A stretch of DNA of 64,000 bases from Bacteroidales bacterium (GTDB lineage: Bacteria > Bacteroidota > Bacteroidia > Bacteroidales > UBA1715). Position numbers and translations under genes: made by a program. Positions within the stretch are counted from its first letter, which is position 1. Each line of letters starts with the position of its first letter. The notes under the pieces were generated by a model. That model was not told the DNA's origin. It saw only the letters and a list, made by a program, of their open reading frames with translations, and searched no databases. Where the stretch lies: NCBI GenBank assembly GCA_017516865.1, contig JAFXAU010000017.1:748-64747 (forward strand), given 5' to 3'. Below are positions 63,272 to 64,000 of the stretch, in pieces.

Positions 63272-64000
63272 ATGATAAAAAGACTATTGCAAGATATTGT
63301 TGAAAAACGACTCTTTTCGGGGAAGGCATTGTTGTTGTTAGGTGCTCGACAAGTAGGAAAAACAACGTTACTGAATGATTTGGTCTCAAAAAGTAACGAA
63401 TGTTTATGGTTGAACGGTGATGAACTGGACGTTCAAAAAATGTTTGAGAATGCTTCGGTTGACGGATTGAAAAAACAATTCGGACAGAATAAAATTGTTG
63501 TCATTGATGAAGCTCAGAGGATAAAAGACATTGGATTGCGGATGAAACTTATAACCGACCAAATAAAAGACGTTCAACTTATAGCAACGGGTAGTTCTGC
63601 CTTTGATTTGGCGAACAATGTAAACGAACCTTTGACAGGGCGGAAATGGCAGTATCAAATGTTTCCACTCTCGTTTGCGGAAATGGTTCAGCATCACGGA
63701 CTTATAACGGAAAAACGGCTCTTGCCCCAACGTCTTGTGTATGGCTACTATCCTGAAGTGGTGACGAGCAATGGCGACGAAAAAATGGTGCTAAAACAGC
63801 TTACCGACGCGTATCTTTACAAAGATATCCTTGCGTGGGAGAATATAAAACACCCCGCTAAACTTCTTACGCTTTTGAGGGCTTTGGCTTATCAAATAGG
63901 GTCGCAAGTTTCGTTCAACGAGTTGGGCGAACTATGTTCTATGGATGCAAAAACAGTGGAACGATACGTAACATTGTTGGAGCAATGCTATATAATATTT
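63272..64000 (+). CDS. AAA-family ATPase (AAA_14 + DUF4143 type); the 3' end runs off the window
   Basis: Not in the ORF track because no stop lies in the window. The frame is open for 243 codons from the ATG at 63272. Walker A GARQVGKTT, Walker B VVIDEAQ. Confidence 0.75.
   Translation, partial: MIKRLLQDIVEKRLFSGKALLLLGARQVGKTTLLNDLVSKSNECLWLNGDELDVQKMFENASVDGLKKQFGQNKIVVIDEAQRIKDIGLRMKLITDQIKDVQLIATGSSAFDLANNVNEPLTGRKWQYQMFPLSFAEMVQHHGLITEKRLLPQRLVYGYYPEVVTSNGDEKMVLKQLTDAYLYKDILAWENIKHPAKLLTLLRALAYQIGSQVSFNELGELCSMDAKTVERYVTLLEQCYIIF

Overview
The window looks like a chromosomal segment of a Bacteroidota (Bacteroidales-like) genome. Three things support this: the Bacteroidetes -7 promoter box TAnnTTTG recurs about 20-40 nt upstream of many start codons, three proteins carry T9SS C-terminal sorting domains, and the gene set is typical (parA-parB-DUF5683, LL-DAP aminotransferase, mqnA, exbBD-tonB). 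I support about 69 protein-coding genes (two run off the window edges and are absent from the ORF track) and one tRNA-Leu(CAA). Nearly all are housekeeping, including a complete trpB-E-G-D-C-F-A operon. There is no integrase, transposase, CRISPR array or cas gene. Points worth a second look: (1) a candidate leader-peptide attenuator upstream of trpB, with an 18-codon ORF carrying three consecutive Trp codons, an alternative 9-bp pairing and a terminator. (2) A promoter-to-terminator unit of about 190 nt with no plausible ORF upstream of the PASTA gene, a candidate sRNA. (3) A dispersed family of GTAGAGACGC...GCGTCTCTAC hairpins at gene boundaries, including a tandem pair inside the trp operon. 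(4) Heptanucleotide tandem arrays at three loci. (5) An AT-tract island with direct repeats next to an rmuC gene that lacks its 5' part. (6) Two tandem 30-bp palindromes over a promoter. (7) An ECF sigma factor paired with a membrane-anchored partner that ends in a T9SS type-B domain. All protein calls come from motif and family recognition by eye; no database search, HMM scan or RNA folding was run. Many ORF-track starts were moved to internal ATGs where a promoter box, a hairpin or the upstream gene occupies the extension.
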